From: Paramecium tetraurelia
Lineage: Eukaryota
NCBI GenBank assembly: GCA_000165425.1
Contig: CT868007.1
Location: 186,001 to 250,000, forward strand
Length of the DNA: 64,000 nt
Direction of reading: 5' to 3'
Shown: one piece after another, positions 42,582 to 56,408 of the stretch
Position numbering within the stretch: position 1 is the first letter of the stretch
Layout of the letters: each line of letters opens with the position of its first letter
Program-made: the position numbers and the translations under genes
The notes under the pieces: model-generated
Databases searched by the model: none
Told to the model about the DNA's origin: nothing
Seen by the model: only the letters and a program-made list of their open reading frames with translations

Positions 42582-43960
42582 TCATCTGAAATACATTAAA
42601 CTTCTGGCTTTTAATCCTTCAACTTCAGAAACGTCTTCCTCTTATTTAACCCAATAGTCAACAAACAATTATTTTTAAGCAGCATTATTAACATCAACTT
42701 TGATGAATTCATGATAATCATAAGCAATATGATCTTTCTAAAATATAGCAATTTTTATATACCCATTCTTTTGGCACTTCTGTTCCTCTCCAAAGCCAAG
42801 CTCCTCTTAATTAGAGATTTGGTTCATCACCATAAACTCCGTGAATGGCAAAGGCATACTTTCTGAAATTTTGATCTAATCTTTAGTTGATGAATCCTTT
42901 CATTAAGTTGTTGGTGAGAATCAATTGCTTTCCTTCATTTTCTGATTTATTGTATCTGACCAACCATAAAGACCATCCATTCAAATCGATTGTTGCAAAG
43001 AGAGTTTCAATGTTTTTTTAAACATCTTTTTCTGCAAAGAATATTCTCTTATAATCATCGATGTTGAAAGTTGAAGGTGGTAATAAATCAAGTGGATTTG
43101 CTTCCTTCTTTTTAGGTGCATCATCTTCTTCTTCTTATTTTGGTTACTATTTGGGTTACTCCTTCTACTTAGGTTACTCCTTCTATTTAGGTTATTCTTA
43201 TTGTTCCTTTTATTTTGGTTATTCCTATTTTTTCTCTTTCTTTTCCTTTTTGTCTTTCTCCTAAGCTACTTCATTCACGACAAAGGCAGTCTTTGGGAAT
43301 CTTGGTCTACCGAATTCCTATGATAAAATTAACAAATGTCATTACTGCTCTCCATTCTGGAAGTGAGTTAATTTCATTCAACCATATTAATAAATGCTGA
43401 TATTTGTTTCTTTCTGTTTCCCCAACCAAGAGGGTGAATGCAAATGTGACAACTTAAGCCAAGGCAATATCTGCAACGGTCAAAGAGTCTCCACTGATGT
43501 ATTTCGATTTGCCCAATTGAGTATTTACGATAGACAATGTGTAATTAATTTAAGCGAAAGATTACTGGTATTCAGCAGGAATCACAGGGATGTGACCCAA
43601 TACTTAAATAGCAGCTGACACAACGTCGGTTTCCAATTCATTTGTTGTCACATCCAACCATTAATCAACTAATCCCTATTAATATGGTGTTTTTCTAAAT
43701 TTAATAATATTACAATACCCATATAATCCTTATGAGTGTCTTGCTATGTATCTGAGGATGGCATTGCTTTCGAAAAGATTGCCCTCTTGTGTTTCCAAGA
43801 CTGGCACTTTTCCAAATGGAAACTTGTTTTAGAATACTTAGAAATTCTTCTCGTTCAATTAGGTGTCAACAAATTCCAATTGGAGATTAGCCAATTTGGC
43901 TGCCACCAATATTTTGTGTGTTCTTCCTTATCCAGATGGTGAATGTAATTTTATGGACAT
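42582..43960 (-). CDS. EEF1G: Translation elongation factor 1B-gamma
   Basis: GST-like N-terminal domain, QPK-repeat linker and C-terminal domain NPLDLLPPSTFNIDDYKR..GWSLW..FRKYAFA..GAWLWRG. Confidence 0.93.
43135..43235 (-). repeat. 18-nt coding tandem repeat (QPKQKE/QPKQEQ) in the eEF1B-gamma linker
   Basis: Recurring ggttactcc/ggttattc units on the + strand, mostly at 18-nt spacing. Confidence 0.7.
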
Positions 43961-44034
43961 GAATTAAAGATTTAATTTAATTTTACTTTTTAATCGTCAC
44001 ATTCATTAACATATTTATATATATATATATACAA

Positions 44035-44781
44035 TCAATTCTTCCCCCAAAATTTAGCAAACATTCCTCTATAAGTCGTTTTCAAAGCCTTGGGCTAATC
44101 TAATCAGCATGTATTTTACATCATGTTAATAATAATAATGAATGATTGCCAATATCATTGCAAATACCAACACATCTCCTTTAGGAATAATTTTCATCCA
44201 ACCCTTTCTCTTCAATAGATTCAAGATAGTCTCAAAATATCGAGGCACTATACTCAGCATTATTTCCTAAGCCCTTTCAATTACATAGCACCCCTTACCT
44301 CGTTTTCGATTCCAACAACAAAGCAAAAGCTCCCATCAAACCACCAGATATTGGGATGAACGGGTCAACCGTATTACGAAATCTTACCTATTTGCACCAA
44401 TTGTATCTCATTATTTAAACCATAAGTGTTAAAAACAACACACTCTTTGTATATGAATACAACGATCTCGCAATCGTGCTAATCGGACTTAAGTATGAAA
44501 AGCTCAAAATTACTTTTTAAAAAAAGCTTTCCGCTTATAAATCAAGAAAGGCAGCAAATGAACTGGAAGATAGACTTTAGCGTTTTGAGAGAATAAGATC
44601 GGAAACCTTTTTATAAAAAGTAATTATACATGCGAAGTATTTGGGTTTCACATGTATATCCTGGATGAAAGCACTCACATTTATAAGGTAATCCTCAATC
44701 TACAAACATGTTGAATTTACCTTAAATGTAATTAAGTTGTTCCTCAACAGGAAAAGAGTAAATATCATTCATATTTTGCAT
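44035..44781 (-). CDS. TMEM135-like membrane protein
   Basis: CECFHPGYTC, GGLMGAFALLLESKTR..EIMLSIVPRYFET, KGDVLVFAMILAIIHYYY. Exon structure at the 5' end is uncertain. Confidence 0.6.
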
Positions 44782-45149
44782 ACAAATTAAATACTCATGA
44801 TGATTTAATTATTCAATTAATTGTTTGTAATAATGCATCATAATAGATATTAATTAAATTACTAAATTAGTCAATTTTTATAATTATTCTTATCATATTG
44901 TTGATTCTTAATTTTTTAAATAAATCATAGGTTCAATCAAAAATGAACATATAAATAGATCGTTTTTTCCACCTGAATAATCTTCTCCAAAATTCATTAA
45001 TAGCAATTTTATAAGAAATTGTTCTTGTTTAAAATTTGAATAACTTTAATGATATTATACATACTCTATAAATAATGAGCAAATTCTCAGTAATTCAACT
45101 TATATTAATGCTTAAAGAGTACATTCAAATTGAAATCTTAAATTGTTTA

Positions 45150-45830
45150 AATTCAAAAATTAATTAGAATCAGTCTGTTTCTGATAATATTTCTGTAATA
45201 AAATAATATTGTTAATTGGTATTTATTTGATCTATTACAGAATTATATGGCTAACTCTCTTATTGGATCTTTGAGTAAAGTAATTAATCCAAAATAATTA
45301 ACTTTAAAAATGGAATCCTTTAGATTTCTTAAGAATAAAAACATTAAAAGGTTTGCAATTTCAATGACAAATACCGTTAGTATGATAATACTCCAAATTA
45401 GCTATATTATATAAACACAATATACTATAGAATATTTCATGAGCATATACTAAAATATCTGATCCCATAATGAGATCAAACATAAATTCCTGACTCTCAT
45501 AACGTCTTGAAAAGTATTGTGATATTAAGAGTTTACAACTAGATAGAAGGTTCTTTTATCCTCAAGGTTATTGTAATTTAATAATAATTAGTGAATCTCT
45601 TTTTTCTGGATTTTGAATAGATCCAAGCTTTTGCCTTTATCTTTTGGAACGACTTTGACAAACCTTAACTCCCTTATTTGTAGTTTTGACAATTTTCCAT
45701 ACTTACCATATTCAATAACCGTTTTAGATTAATACAATAGTTATCATTTATTCCATGTGCATCATTAATCTAAGCCTCTTAATTGATTATGAAGTGTTTT
45801 TTGTTGAAAAACAAATGGTTGATTCATACA
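45150..45830 (-). pseudogene. Decayed CDPK/CAMK-type protein kinase
   Basis: Frameshifted fragments in kinase order: GKYGK, RFVKVVPKDK, LEDKRTFYLVV, LEYYHTNGICH*NCKPFN (TGA 45361-45363 at the HRD Arg), FLFL..DSIFKVNYFGL. Confidence 0.65.
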
Positions 45831-45888
45831 TCTTTGTTATTTTTTATAATATTTATTTTAAGCGAAAATGCTTAAATATATATCTATA

Positions 45889-47978
45889 TCATTCTTCATT
45901 TTTAGGATCATCATGCTTTTTGTAATATTCATTGACTTGATGATCTAGTTTGTTTTCTAGTTCTAAAGGTCCAATGTCATCAATAAGCGCTTCTTCATTT
46001 TAAATAATTTATGCAACTAAGCTATAGAATCAAGTATAATACCTTACTCTGGTTTGGTTTGGGGATCAGAAATCATTTCTTCAATTTATTCATCGATTAA
46101 TTCTTACTCCTCAGAACTTTATTTATGTCTAATAATGAAATAGAATTGTATACTTGGATACTACTTTAGATTCTTCTTATTGGATTTGCTGTAATTCTTG
46201 TAATTATTGTAATCGACCTTCCTCGTTGCAATCATAGAATTTCTCTTCTTGTTCTTGTTCTTATTCATGTTCTTATTCCTGCTCTTTTTCTTTTTCTTAT
46301 TCTTACTCTTATTCTTATTCCTACTCTTATTCTTACTCTTATTCTTTTTCGTAATCATCATTTTCATTTTCCTTATTATTATCATCCTCAGGTATGTCTT
46401 CTTCCTCTACTTCTTCATCTTCTTCTTTGTCGTCATTGTCCATTGGCGCTTCAATTGTGACTGATTCATGTATGTATTACTGAATTTGTCTTGGTCTAGG
46501 ATCAACGCCACATAACAATTTTTTCTCTACTGAATTAATTTTGCTGAGAGTGTCATTCACATATTGATCCCAAACTTCGCTGGTGAAATGATTCTCCACC
46601 AATAAGTTGGATATTTTGGTTAGGATGCCTTGGTATCCTGGTTTGATGGTGTTTTGCAATAATCCAACTTGTTTTTTCTCGTTCCTATTGTATTGAATAA
46701 TGATTGAGGCCAAGAACTCTGAGATGGATTCGTGAAAAAATTTAGGCAATTTCTGGAATATAAAGATGACTATCTTATCAAACCAAATGAGGGCTTGATT
46801 GTTGAATTCATGAGTCAATATGACATTGGTAACAACTTAGAAGGATTGATTGTTGATCAGTTCAAACAAAATCTCTTCTTTCTCACTGAGTAATAGTAAG
46901 TAAAATATTTGGAGTAATGTGAGTTTGTTTGAGGACAAAGGAGTGATGATCTACCCATAAGAAGTCTGATGAGGTATGGCATATAAATTGGAAGTGGTGA
47001 ATGCATTGGGGAGATGCTTAGCTACATTGATAAAGTAGAGAAAGTAATCTGTCTTGCCTGAATTATTAATATATTACAGTAGATTCGATACTAATTCATA
47101 GGCTGCAGTTCTCTGACTTTAGTACTAAAGAAATGAGCAAATAATATTTACACAAATGGTGAGAAAGTAATAAGGGTTCAATAAAATTTTGATCAACTCC
47201 TCCTAATCCGGATTGATTTGACTCTTTATTAAATTATTGATGATGAGCAAGCAATTGTCAAAAACCTAAATGTCTATGTGGAAGTATGTACTTCAGTTTC
47301 ATAGTAGCGATGCAATGAGATCTTCATTACTCTCTGTAAGATGGATTTCTGTTTATCAAGCAATTAATTCTCATCATTAGGGTCTGGAATGATGACCTTT
47401 TCAATTATTTCAGCAATATGGGGAATGTCAATATGTTTAAGAAGATTAGAGATGTCCTTGTCATTTAAGTATTGCAACACCTTCAGTTATTCTGAATGAG
47501 AATACCTTGAAATGCTTCCTCCTCAACAAAGTGAGGATAACTTTAGAGAAGTAACCTGCTTATGTAATGTTGAGGATATCCTCGTTCAGAAGGGAAAACA
47601 GTCTATTCAAAAAATGGAGATTTTGACCCTCAAAAAGGAAATCTTGAAAGAAATCATTCTCCTTGCTCAAGATCTCGCTCGCTAAAAAGGGATATCTAGT
47701 TTGTTCTTGAATAGACTCATACTTATATTATACTCTCTGGTAGTTAGTCTCATCTCCGACTTCTGTGATGTACTCGATGAGAGTCTCCAAATGCTCGGGA
47801 TGGTCCTTGACGCTATGAATCATGTCCATCATTACTAATTAAGCAATTTGTATTGTTATTAGGGCATCAAGAGATCCTACAATAGCGAAGACTCATCCAA
47901 TATTAATTTGATGTCTTTTCTCTCCTCAATGAATTCATCTATCCGCGAATTCATAAAGTTAAACATTCTGAAAATCAT
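45889..47978 (-). CDS. SIT4-associated protein / PP6 regulatory subunit (SAPS domain)
   Basis: LILDESSLLQDL, LETLIEYITE..YPFLASEILS, LNITQAGYFSKVILTLL, GYQGILTKISN, WDQYVNDTL, followed by an acidic tail. Confidence 0.85.
46240..46350 (-). repeat. Coding low-complexity repeat (EQEQEK-type hexanucleotides)
   Basis: ttattc/ttactc/ttgttc runs on the + strand, within the SAPS acidic tail. Confidence 0.75.
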
Positions 47979-48049
47979 GATTAAATTAAATTAATATTTT
48001 TAATGTAAAATTACTCTCTCAAATTCCCCTAACAACCACAACACATTCA

Positions 48050-48800
48050 ATGAACTTAATCTTTCAACGCCCTTAAACTAATAGATCAAAAATATTATAA
48101 GCAATCTATATTGAACATTAAATCAATTAAAGAGGGGACTTTGTTACAAGTCAATAGTAGAATATAAGTTGTCTCTATCATTAGATCGAGGAATCAATGG
48201 TCCTTCCTTTTTTGGGATATCATATCAATTCTCATTTCTAACAATCATTAGATGATCATAATTTTGCGATTGAATTCACATTACCCCTTCCTGTTCTTCT
48301 TGAATCGATAAATAGTATATTATAATTGCACCTTAAATTATATCATCTTATCTAAAATTGAACACTTTCGATAAGATGATATCTACATCTAATAAAGTTT
48401 ATACAATTCTTAAATTGGATCTATGACTCTAAAATTTCATATCATCAACTTCTATCGATAATCTGATAGCCGAATTAGATGTGATAAATTAGGATTTCTG
48501 TTTAATCTATATTTATGTAAAACTACACGAATATCATTTAATACCCTTTCGAAATTTCTGTAATTTAATGTCACAATCATGTCGTACCAAATAAAAAATA
48601 GGATTTAACACTTTATAAGTACCTGTAACTTATATCTTTTCTTTATTTTTCTTAAAATAATATATAAATACTCTACTTATGTTATAAGAAATACTGTCAG
48701 CTAGAAATGCTATTATAAACGTAGTAGATTTATACATCAATACATTACATAGCGATTCAATAATCAAATGATAATATTGAATATCCTTTATTTATTCTCA
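48050..48800 (+). pseudogene. Possible disrupted RAD1-like (9-1-1 clamp) gene
   Basis: From ATG 48050: KILQAIYI..HFQQS..IEFTLPLPVLLESINSI resembles the Rad1 N-terminus. TGA at 48359-48361 has no plausible short intron; 3' limit approximate. Confidence 0.3.
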
Positions 48801-49066
48801 TTCTTAGAAATCTACATTGAAGTTTCTAATTTAAGCTATTGATTTAGTTAGATTAGAAACTAGGAAATTAAATTTATTTGTTATGAAATTCATTGATTAT
48901 TTGGTATTCTATTGTAAAATTAATACTGCCTTATCAACAATTTTGTGTAACCTATATATTATTTTATATAAATTAAGGTTTCATTTAATAATAATTATAA
49001 GTTGTACAACATGGAATTATTTTGATTTTTAAGTACCCAATGAAAATACTAAATCAATAATAAATT

Positions 49067-52000
49067 ATGTTTTTGCTACTTCTCATTGCTAAAGCTATTT
49101 GCTTGTAATGTAGTAAGTATAACGAAGACTATTTGAAATTAGTTGCACACAACAACGAATATTTAAGCTACCCAATAGCTTACGCTTTTGATAATTGGAG
49201 AGATTTTTCTGATTATGAATTAATTGATCCCAATAATAAACTTTAATTAATTTAACCAATTCAATTATTAGAAAGCGGGATAGTTGATGAAACGCAATGT
49301 AAATTCTTTATTATATTTTTATAGAGAATTACAAAATTATCAAATTTGGTGGAGTTTAAAAGAAAGATAGATACTATCCGAACTAATTTGGTATACTAAG
49401 AATCCTTAACAACTAATATCAACTAATATATAATTTTAAATAATGGCACAGCAACGAAGACAGAATACCAAAATTTGATAAATCAATTAATATTGGATCC
49501 ACTGATTAGAATGTATGCTATGATTTTGTTTGGATGACAAGTACATCTTTAATAATTGATTGCGTTGAAATGATAAATGAAGAAGAAACCAACTATTTTT
49601 ACATTTTTCAAATTGGAGATTAAATTACAAGGAAAAAAGTCCTAACTGATTATCCATACTCTAAAAACTAAGAAAGAAAATTATATATTCAAAGTGATTA
49701 CTTATACAGAGTTACAAAGAAGAATGAATATAACAATTAAAACTAAGTGGAAATGTTTCAATATGATTCTCAAACCCTTGAATTGACTAAATTTACAACA
49801 ATAAATAGCTAATTTTTTGTAGATAACGATTTCACTTTATAATATTAAGATTACTAAAATATTTAAATTTTGGATTTCAAATGCAGCGACACAAATTAAC
49901 TTAGTTTCTTAGACGAATTGCAAAATATTGTATAACTATAACGTGATAGTAACGAATGGACATTAAAAGTAGACAAGTGTAAGTATAAAATTCATTCCTA
50001 CGATATTGATTTCATCTCTAACAAATACATGGGAGTTGGAACAACATTTCTCTATTATTCTTATTGGGATTCCAAAGAAGAGTTCTCCTTTGATATCAGT
50101 AAATACACTCCATATTTTAATGATTACGGTACCAATCTGGCTTCCTCTGAATCCTTAAAAAAAGTGCTTGATGAAGAAATTACATTTAGTAAACAAGGTG
50201 ATTTTTCATAAGTCTTGATTGATAAAAAACTTAATGAATTATTTTCAATCTAAGGAAATCGAGTTTTACGCTTCAAAAACAATTACATGGTTGATTTAGT
50301 CTACCATCCTACTGATGAGGCAGACCTGAATGTCTACTAAGCATGGGTAAAATATAAAGGTTGCACTTTGAATATTGAATATTAAACTATAGCCTCTGAT
50401 AGCGAATAATTGATATAAGTACGAAAAGAGGAATTTATGTTTTACCATCCATTCTTTGCTTCTACATTTTTTAAATCCAATCGCTTTAATAGCCCGGTTT
50501 TGGGACCAAACATAAGTATTGCTATTTTAGACGAAAAAGAGATGATGTCGGATAATTTTTATTAACAACATTCTGAAAAAGTTAAGATAGATATCGAACT
50601 TATAACAAATTATGTATTCTTAGAAATGGTTGACTACACTTAAAATTTTTATACGAAATTTATAGTGATATCCTAAGATGATAAAATGAAACTCACGTTC
50701 TAATTATGTCAATAGAAAGAATATAATTATTATTCATGTTCAAAAGTTTTAGAAAGTTAACTAGATTATAAATTAACAAAAGAAAGCACGTGCATCTCAA
50801 GCTATAAGTAATAAATTTCCATTTCTACTTTGATATCATCAGAATAATTATAATACATTATTTATCAGGATCCTAATCATTTTACAACTTATTCATATAC
50901 TTTGGATAAAGAACAAGAAATAGATACAATTGCATATTTTACATTTACTTTAGTGCTATCCTCATCGAAATAATAGGTCGTATATTTCTACTCACTAAAT
51001 GTGGAGATGAACTTTTTATACTCATTTTCATCCAAAGATTATGAATTTATTAAGCCTAGTAAGCTATTTTATTAGTAGTAAGATATTGAAAAGGATGTTG
51101 TTCATTTGCTTTACTTGTTTAATAAATAAGATTAATTATTAGTTATTCTTTATTTAAACTTTAACTTACATTATGTTGTCAATTAGATTTAATTAAAAGA
51201 TGTTGAAAACATCTCAGTTTTCGTTGGATACTATTAATTTGTGGTTGTTTAGGAGAGAAAAAATACCAATCATGAGATTTCAATCTATCAATTTTAGGAC
51301 GAATGTAATATAATCTTTGAAAAGTCTATACCCCTATATTCGTTTGCTATTGAAAACATAATTGAGAATACTTTATTCAGTTCATATATAAAAAGTGTCT
51401 TTGTTAAAAGTAAAGATAGATTGTTGATGTATCTAATTAACAATCCTAGTCATAATACTTTTTTTAATGAAATTAGGATTGATAAAGATGTGAATGATAT
51501 ATTTACTATCGGGAGGTATTTATTATTTGCTTAAGATTAAGAAGTCATAATGTATGATATTTATCCCTAGTTCTCCTTTAATTATAAGGTTAATATGAAC
51601 AATGATATATTTGTTCAATATAACCAAACTCAAGTGTTATTTTCAAATGATAAAAGCAAACTGAATATAAAATAGATGTTCAAGTATCTCAACATGAATA
51701 CCAAAATCGATGTTTACCCTGAAAAACTCAAAATAGTGACCAAACTTGATGAGGCGTACTAAGACAATTTTGTTCAAGATATGGGATCTGATTGGTACTC
51801 AGGATAAGTTGTTCTATTCCATTTCCTAAATAACGAAGTTGTCGAGAATATATAGATCATTTAACCTATCAATGAGACTGAACATATATTTTATTATGCT
51901 TCAAGATCAATTAAGCACTATGATGATACTACATTTTTCATTCTTTTTGAACAAAACTATAGTTTGGTAGACAAAGCAAATGGAAATCTGATTAAAGAGT

Positions 52001-53183
52001 TCAAATTCTTAGATAAAGATTTAAAGTGCAAATCAATTCTTTATGGGTAGGATTAAAATTTTATAGTTTCTTGTAGCAAAGGTAGGTAAGAAATTGTATT
52101 TGGAATCAGTTGCAAGAATCAAGATTGCTAGAATAGTAAAGGCCTTCTAGTTGATAATTCTTTGAATAAAGCATTCTATATTGAAAACAATATGTTTTTG
52201 GTAGGTTAATACAATTTATTCGTTTTTTGGGTTAAAGAATCGTTATTAAAAATCGAAGCAGCTCAACTTATTGGTGAAATAAAGATTGATTCAGATTATT
52301 ATTCAAACACAATAGTGAAGATTAAGCCCAACCATTATCATTTCTATTAATTTAATACATTTAGGACATTAAAGGTAAAAGAGTTGAAGATATAAGATGA
52401 TAGGTTGATTATATTTAATACATTTGCGATTAATGTTGAAGAATATTTAAATCGCGAGTATTTTATGAATAAAGAGCTTGTTGAAATTGAAGTATTATCA
52501 ACTAGTCTAGAGGGTGAGCTATTACAAGGGAAATATTTGTTTTTTGCCTAAGAGGGTGCTCATTATGGAATGAATTATAACTTCACTTGCAACGATCTAG
52601 GATGTCAAGTAAAAGATCAAGAAGTTTTTGCAGTTATCTAAGGTTATGAGGGCTTTTGGTTGTTTGAGAAAAATACTCCCACTATAAGTTTATAGAATGA
52701 CTTGCTATTAATTTTATATCAGAGTATTGTAGGAAATAGTAAAATTTTGGCTGCATATCGCCTTCCATAGAAGTATCAGAAAAATGTTCCCATTATATTT
52801 TTTGGAGCACTAGAATTTTTTGCTCAATTATATAAAATAGAAAAATAATTGACATCGTATAAATTAAATAATAAGGTACATATCATTCTAATTAATAGGA
52901 ATATATATTGTTTAATAATTATGACATTAGTATACTGACAAGGTATGAAGTTAATCCTTCTCCGAAGATAGTTTACAACGGAATCATGAAGGAAAATTTC
53001 TTATGTCTTTCAGTTTAAAATCATTTCAGTAAGGAACTGTTATATTTGGATATTGATATTAAGCCATCAGAGAAATCTTACCTTTGGCTTTGGATATTGT
53101 TGGGCGTTTTAGGAGGGCTGTTGTGTGTTGGAATAGGAGTCTATTTTTATAAGAATAAGAAAAAGGTTGATACATTAATCTGA
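49067..53183 (+). CDS. Large type I membrane / surface protein (about 1350 aa)
   Basis: Signal-like MFLLLLIAKAIC, long Tyr/Phe/Ile-rich ectodomain, TM YLWLWILLGVLGGLLCVGIGVYFY then KNKKK; TGA 53181-53183. An in-frame ATG also lies at 49040. Confidence 0.75.
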
Positions 53184-53249
53184 GTTGATATATAATCAAA
53201 TATGGTAATAATAAGAAAAGATTTACAATAATAAATGAGCAAAAATATT

Positions 53250-55747
53250 TCAAAATTCCTAATCCCAATCTACTGTCACTGTGCAGATCATTTCTGGACA
53301 TGTATCTCTTTTTATCATTTCCAGGAAAGGAATTTCTTAATAATTCGGTTGTTAAAGTTTCGGAATGTGTGGAGGCTTAATTTCCATCATTTCTAATTCT
53401 TCCTTTTAATTTATAGAATCAATCATTTACCCATTAAAATCCATCAAACCAAGAATGAACTTTGAGAGCATCATATGATCCACCTAATCTTAGTTCGGGT
53501 GTCCTATTCATCAATTGATCCATCAGTTTAATGGCTTTAAAGTCTTTCAAAAACTAAGGATACTCGACTCGCCCATTGAGAATGGCTTCTTAGATTATGT
53601 ATCTAAATAAGAATAATTGATACGGGTCATCATCTTCATTGCCTGCAAAGGGAACCTCTCCGCACATTAATTCGAAAAAGCAAATTCCCAAAGACCACAA
53701 ATCAGTGGAGAATGTGTAACCTTTGCCTTTCAGAATTTCAGGAGACATGTAATGAGGTGTGCCAACAATAGTGTAAGTCTTAGATGCTCTGGACTTCAAG
53801 ACTTTGGCTGTACCCATATCTATAAGTTTTAAGTACCCGTTTTCCATTACGATAAAGTTCTCTGGCTTTATATCTCTGTATATAATGTGATAGGAGTGAA
53901 GCTTTTCTAAAATATTAATCATCTAAGCAACATAGAATTGAGTCTCGTAAGAATTGAGCAAACCGAGATCTCTGATAACATCGAATAGTTCTTTGCCCTT
54001 GACATACTCTGTCAATAAGTATATATAATTTTAATCTTTAAATGATCTATGAAAACAGACCAGACTGGGATGATTCAATAATTCCAAAACTTGTTTCTCA
54101 TTTTTCCTATGTCTTTCAGTATTGTTTGCAATAATGTTTACTTTTGGAATACATTTCATGACATGCAAATTTTGTTGAGGGATGTCCTTAACCAAATAAG
54201 CATTTCCAAAAGTGCCTTCTCCTAAAAGTTGCAATCCAATGAAATCTTCTAAGGTAAGCAGAGAATAATTGCTTTTCTAACGTTTCTCTAACAGGCTTGA
54301 AGAACCAGCCCTGTCCTTGTTTTTCTTAACGACAGTTTCCAATTCTCCTCCGATACATTCAAAGAACTATTTAAAAGGGAGTACAGATAACGTAGTTTTA
54401 CGAGTGGTTAAGATATCTGAACTAATTTTTCTCTTGGACTCCTCAACTTGGAGGAATGTGTCCCCAAATAATTGACCATTATTATATAGTTACCCATCAA
54501 ACTCTAATTAACCATCAAGAATAATAATAAGTTTATCTATCATTTAGTTTTTCGAGAATAAGTACTCTTTACTTTCATAAGTCTTAATTTTAAAGTTTGA
54601 CACTATCTTTTAAATTTGCATCTTAGTCAGATCCCTTAATTAATGGTGTTTTTCAAATGCCCATTTCTGCATATTTGTATAAATGATCAACTATGCAACT
54701 AAATAAATGCAATTTTGGTACCTGAATCTTCTCTCCCAGAATAGTTGTAATATCTTCTCTACTCAACGATAACAGATTCACATCCTCCTCATTGGCTTTC
54801 ACAGTTGCTCCTCTTACACAATTGCCAAAAAGAGCTTATTCTCCAAAAGAATCTCCTTAATTCATGTATCTCAAGAACTATCCCTACTTTGTGACCGAAA
54901 CAATCCCTTTTTGTATAATATAGAATGAGTTAGCCATGTCTCCTTCATTAACAATTATCTCTCCCTGCTTAAATTTCAATGTTATCAACACATTTGCTAT
55001 GCTGTCTCTTTATTCCTCAGTCATGAAGTCTAAACACTTAATTCACAACACAATACCAAAAAATTTAACTTGATCCAAGAATTTCCTATTTGTCTCGTAC
55101 GCTTTTTATTGAATGTCCTCAACAGCTTTTCTAAATTTCTTTCTTTCCAATGACCAAAATCCACAATCACCTAATGCCTATACTGATGCAGATCTTGGTG
55201 CATGATACATTAAAGCCAATTCTCCAAAAAACGCCGGAGTTTTCAATACTCTCTTTACTTCATCATTTATGATAATTTTACAATCTCCTCTTTCTTACTT
55301 ATTAATCATGAAGTTCTACCAATTATAAAAAATAATGTAGCTTTATCCCCCTATTTAAAAATGTAATCTGTATTCTTGGCCGTAACGTAATACATATCAT
55401 CAATTAATTTAGCTCTACTCATACTGTTTATCTTTACTTATCATTATTATCGAGTTGAGCAAACATAAAATGGTTTCCAAAGGCATTCAAAATCATCTGA
55501 AAATCAAAAGGAGATTTTTCTTTCGGCTGCTTTACAACATTCTCATGTATCTATTCTTCCAGCACTTCTATTTTAGCCTAACGTTTCTTTTCCCCTCTTC
55601 TTGGCTTAATTGATATTTTTGCATTTGGCATACTTCAGCTGGCAAACTGCTCATCAAGTGGTTTCCCTTTTGAGGTTAAACTATAGGCATGGGATCCATG
55701 GTAATTTCAGGTTGAGGCTCCGTAATTTTACTAATACAAACTCCCAT
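53250..55747 (-). CDS. PKG: cGMP-dependent protein kinase (PKG)-like
   Basis: MGVCISK start; CNB cassettes FGELALMYHAPRSASV and FGEQALFGNCVRGATV plus a degenerate third. Kinase motifs GEGTFG, YRDIKPEN, DMG, VGTPHYMSPE; ends WDQEF*. Confidence 0.88.
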
Positions 55748-56408
55748 ATTATAAATAATTATTAAATACACATTCTAAATTTAAAGAAAATATTATTTTA
55801 ATAATGTGATTTATAACAAGATATTTATTTATATAATAATAAACCAATACATAACAATGCTCAACGTATCTTTTTAATAAAGCACCCTCCATCTCCATTT
55901 CTTTATGATAATTAACTGAATTCAACATTCTTTGAATTTTTTTGTTGATTCTCACAAGCAATATTGCTCCCCTTAAATACTTTTGTATCAAGCAAAAATA
56001 CATTCCACTATTATAGAACACATTAACTAAACTTCATTTCTTTAATTATTACATATACTATTCTTGTATCTTTCTCCGATGCTACATTCATTCAATAGTT
56101 TTATTCTGAATAATCATTAGATTCCTATGTACTTGTCATTATACTTAACCACCCATAACAATTTTAATGTGAAAGATTTATTCGAATCTATTTAAAATGT
56201 TTTTTATTTTCTAAATTGAAGGATATATTATTATAAAAATTAAAGTTTAATATGAATGCATCCTTGAAATTAGTAGACTCTTAAAGTTGTTTAACTGGCT
56301 AGAATATTATAAAAGGTTCTATTTCATAATGATTTTGACAATAAATAATTTTATAAATGTGTATGTTACTTTTGTAAACTAGGAAGAAAATATAATGCAT
56401 CATCATAA

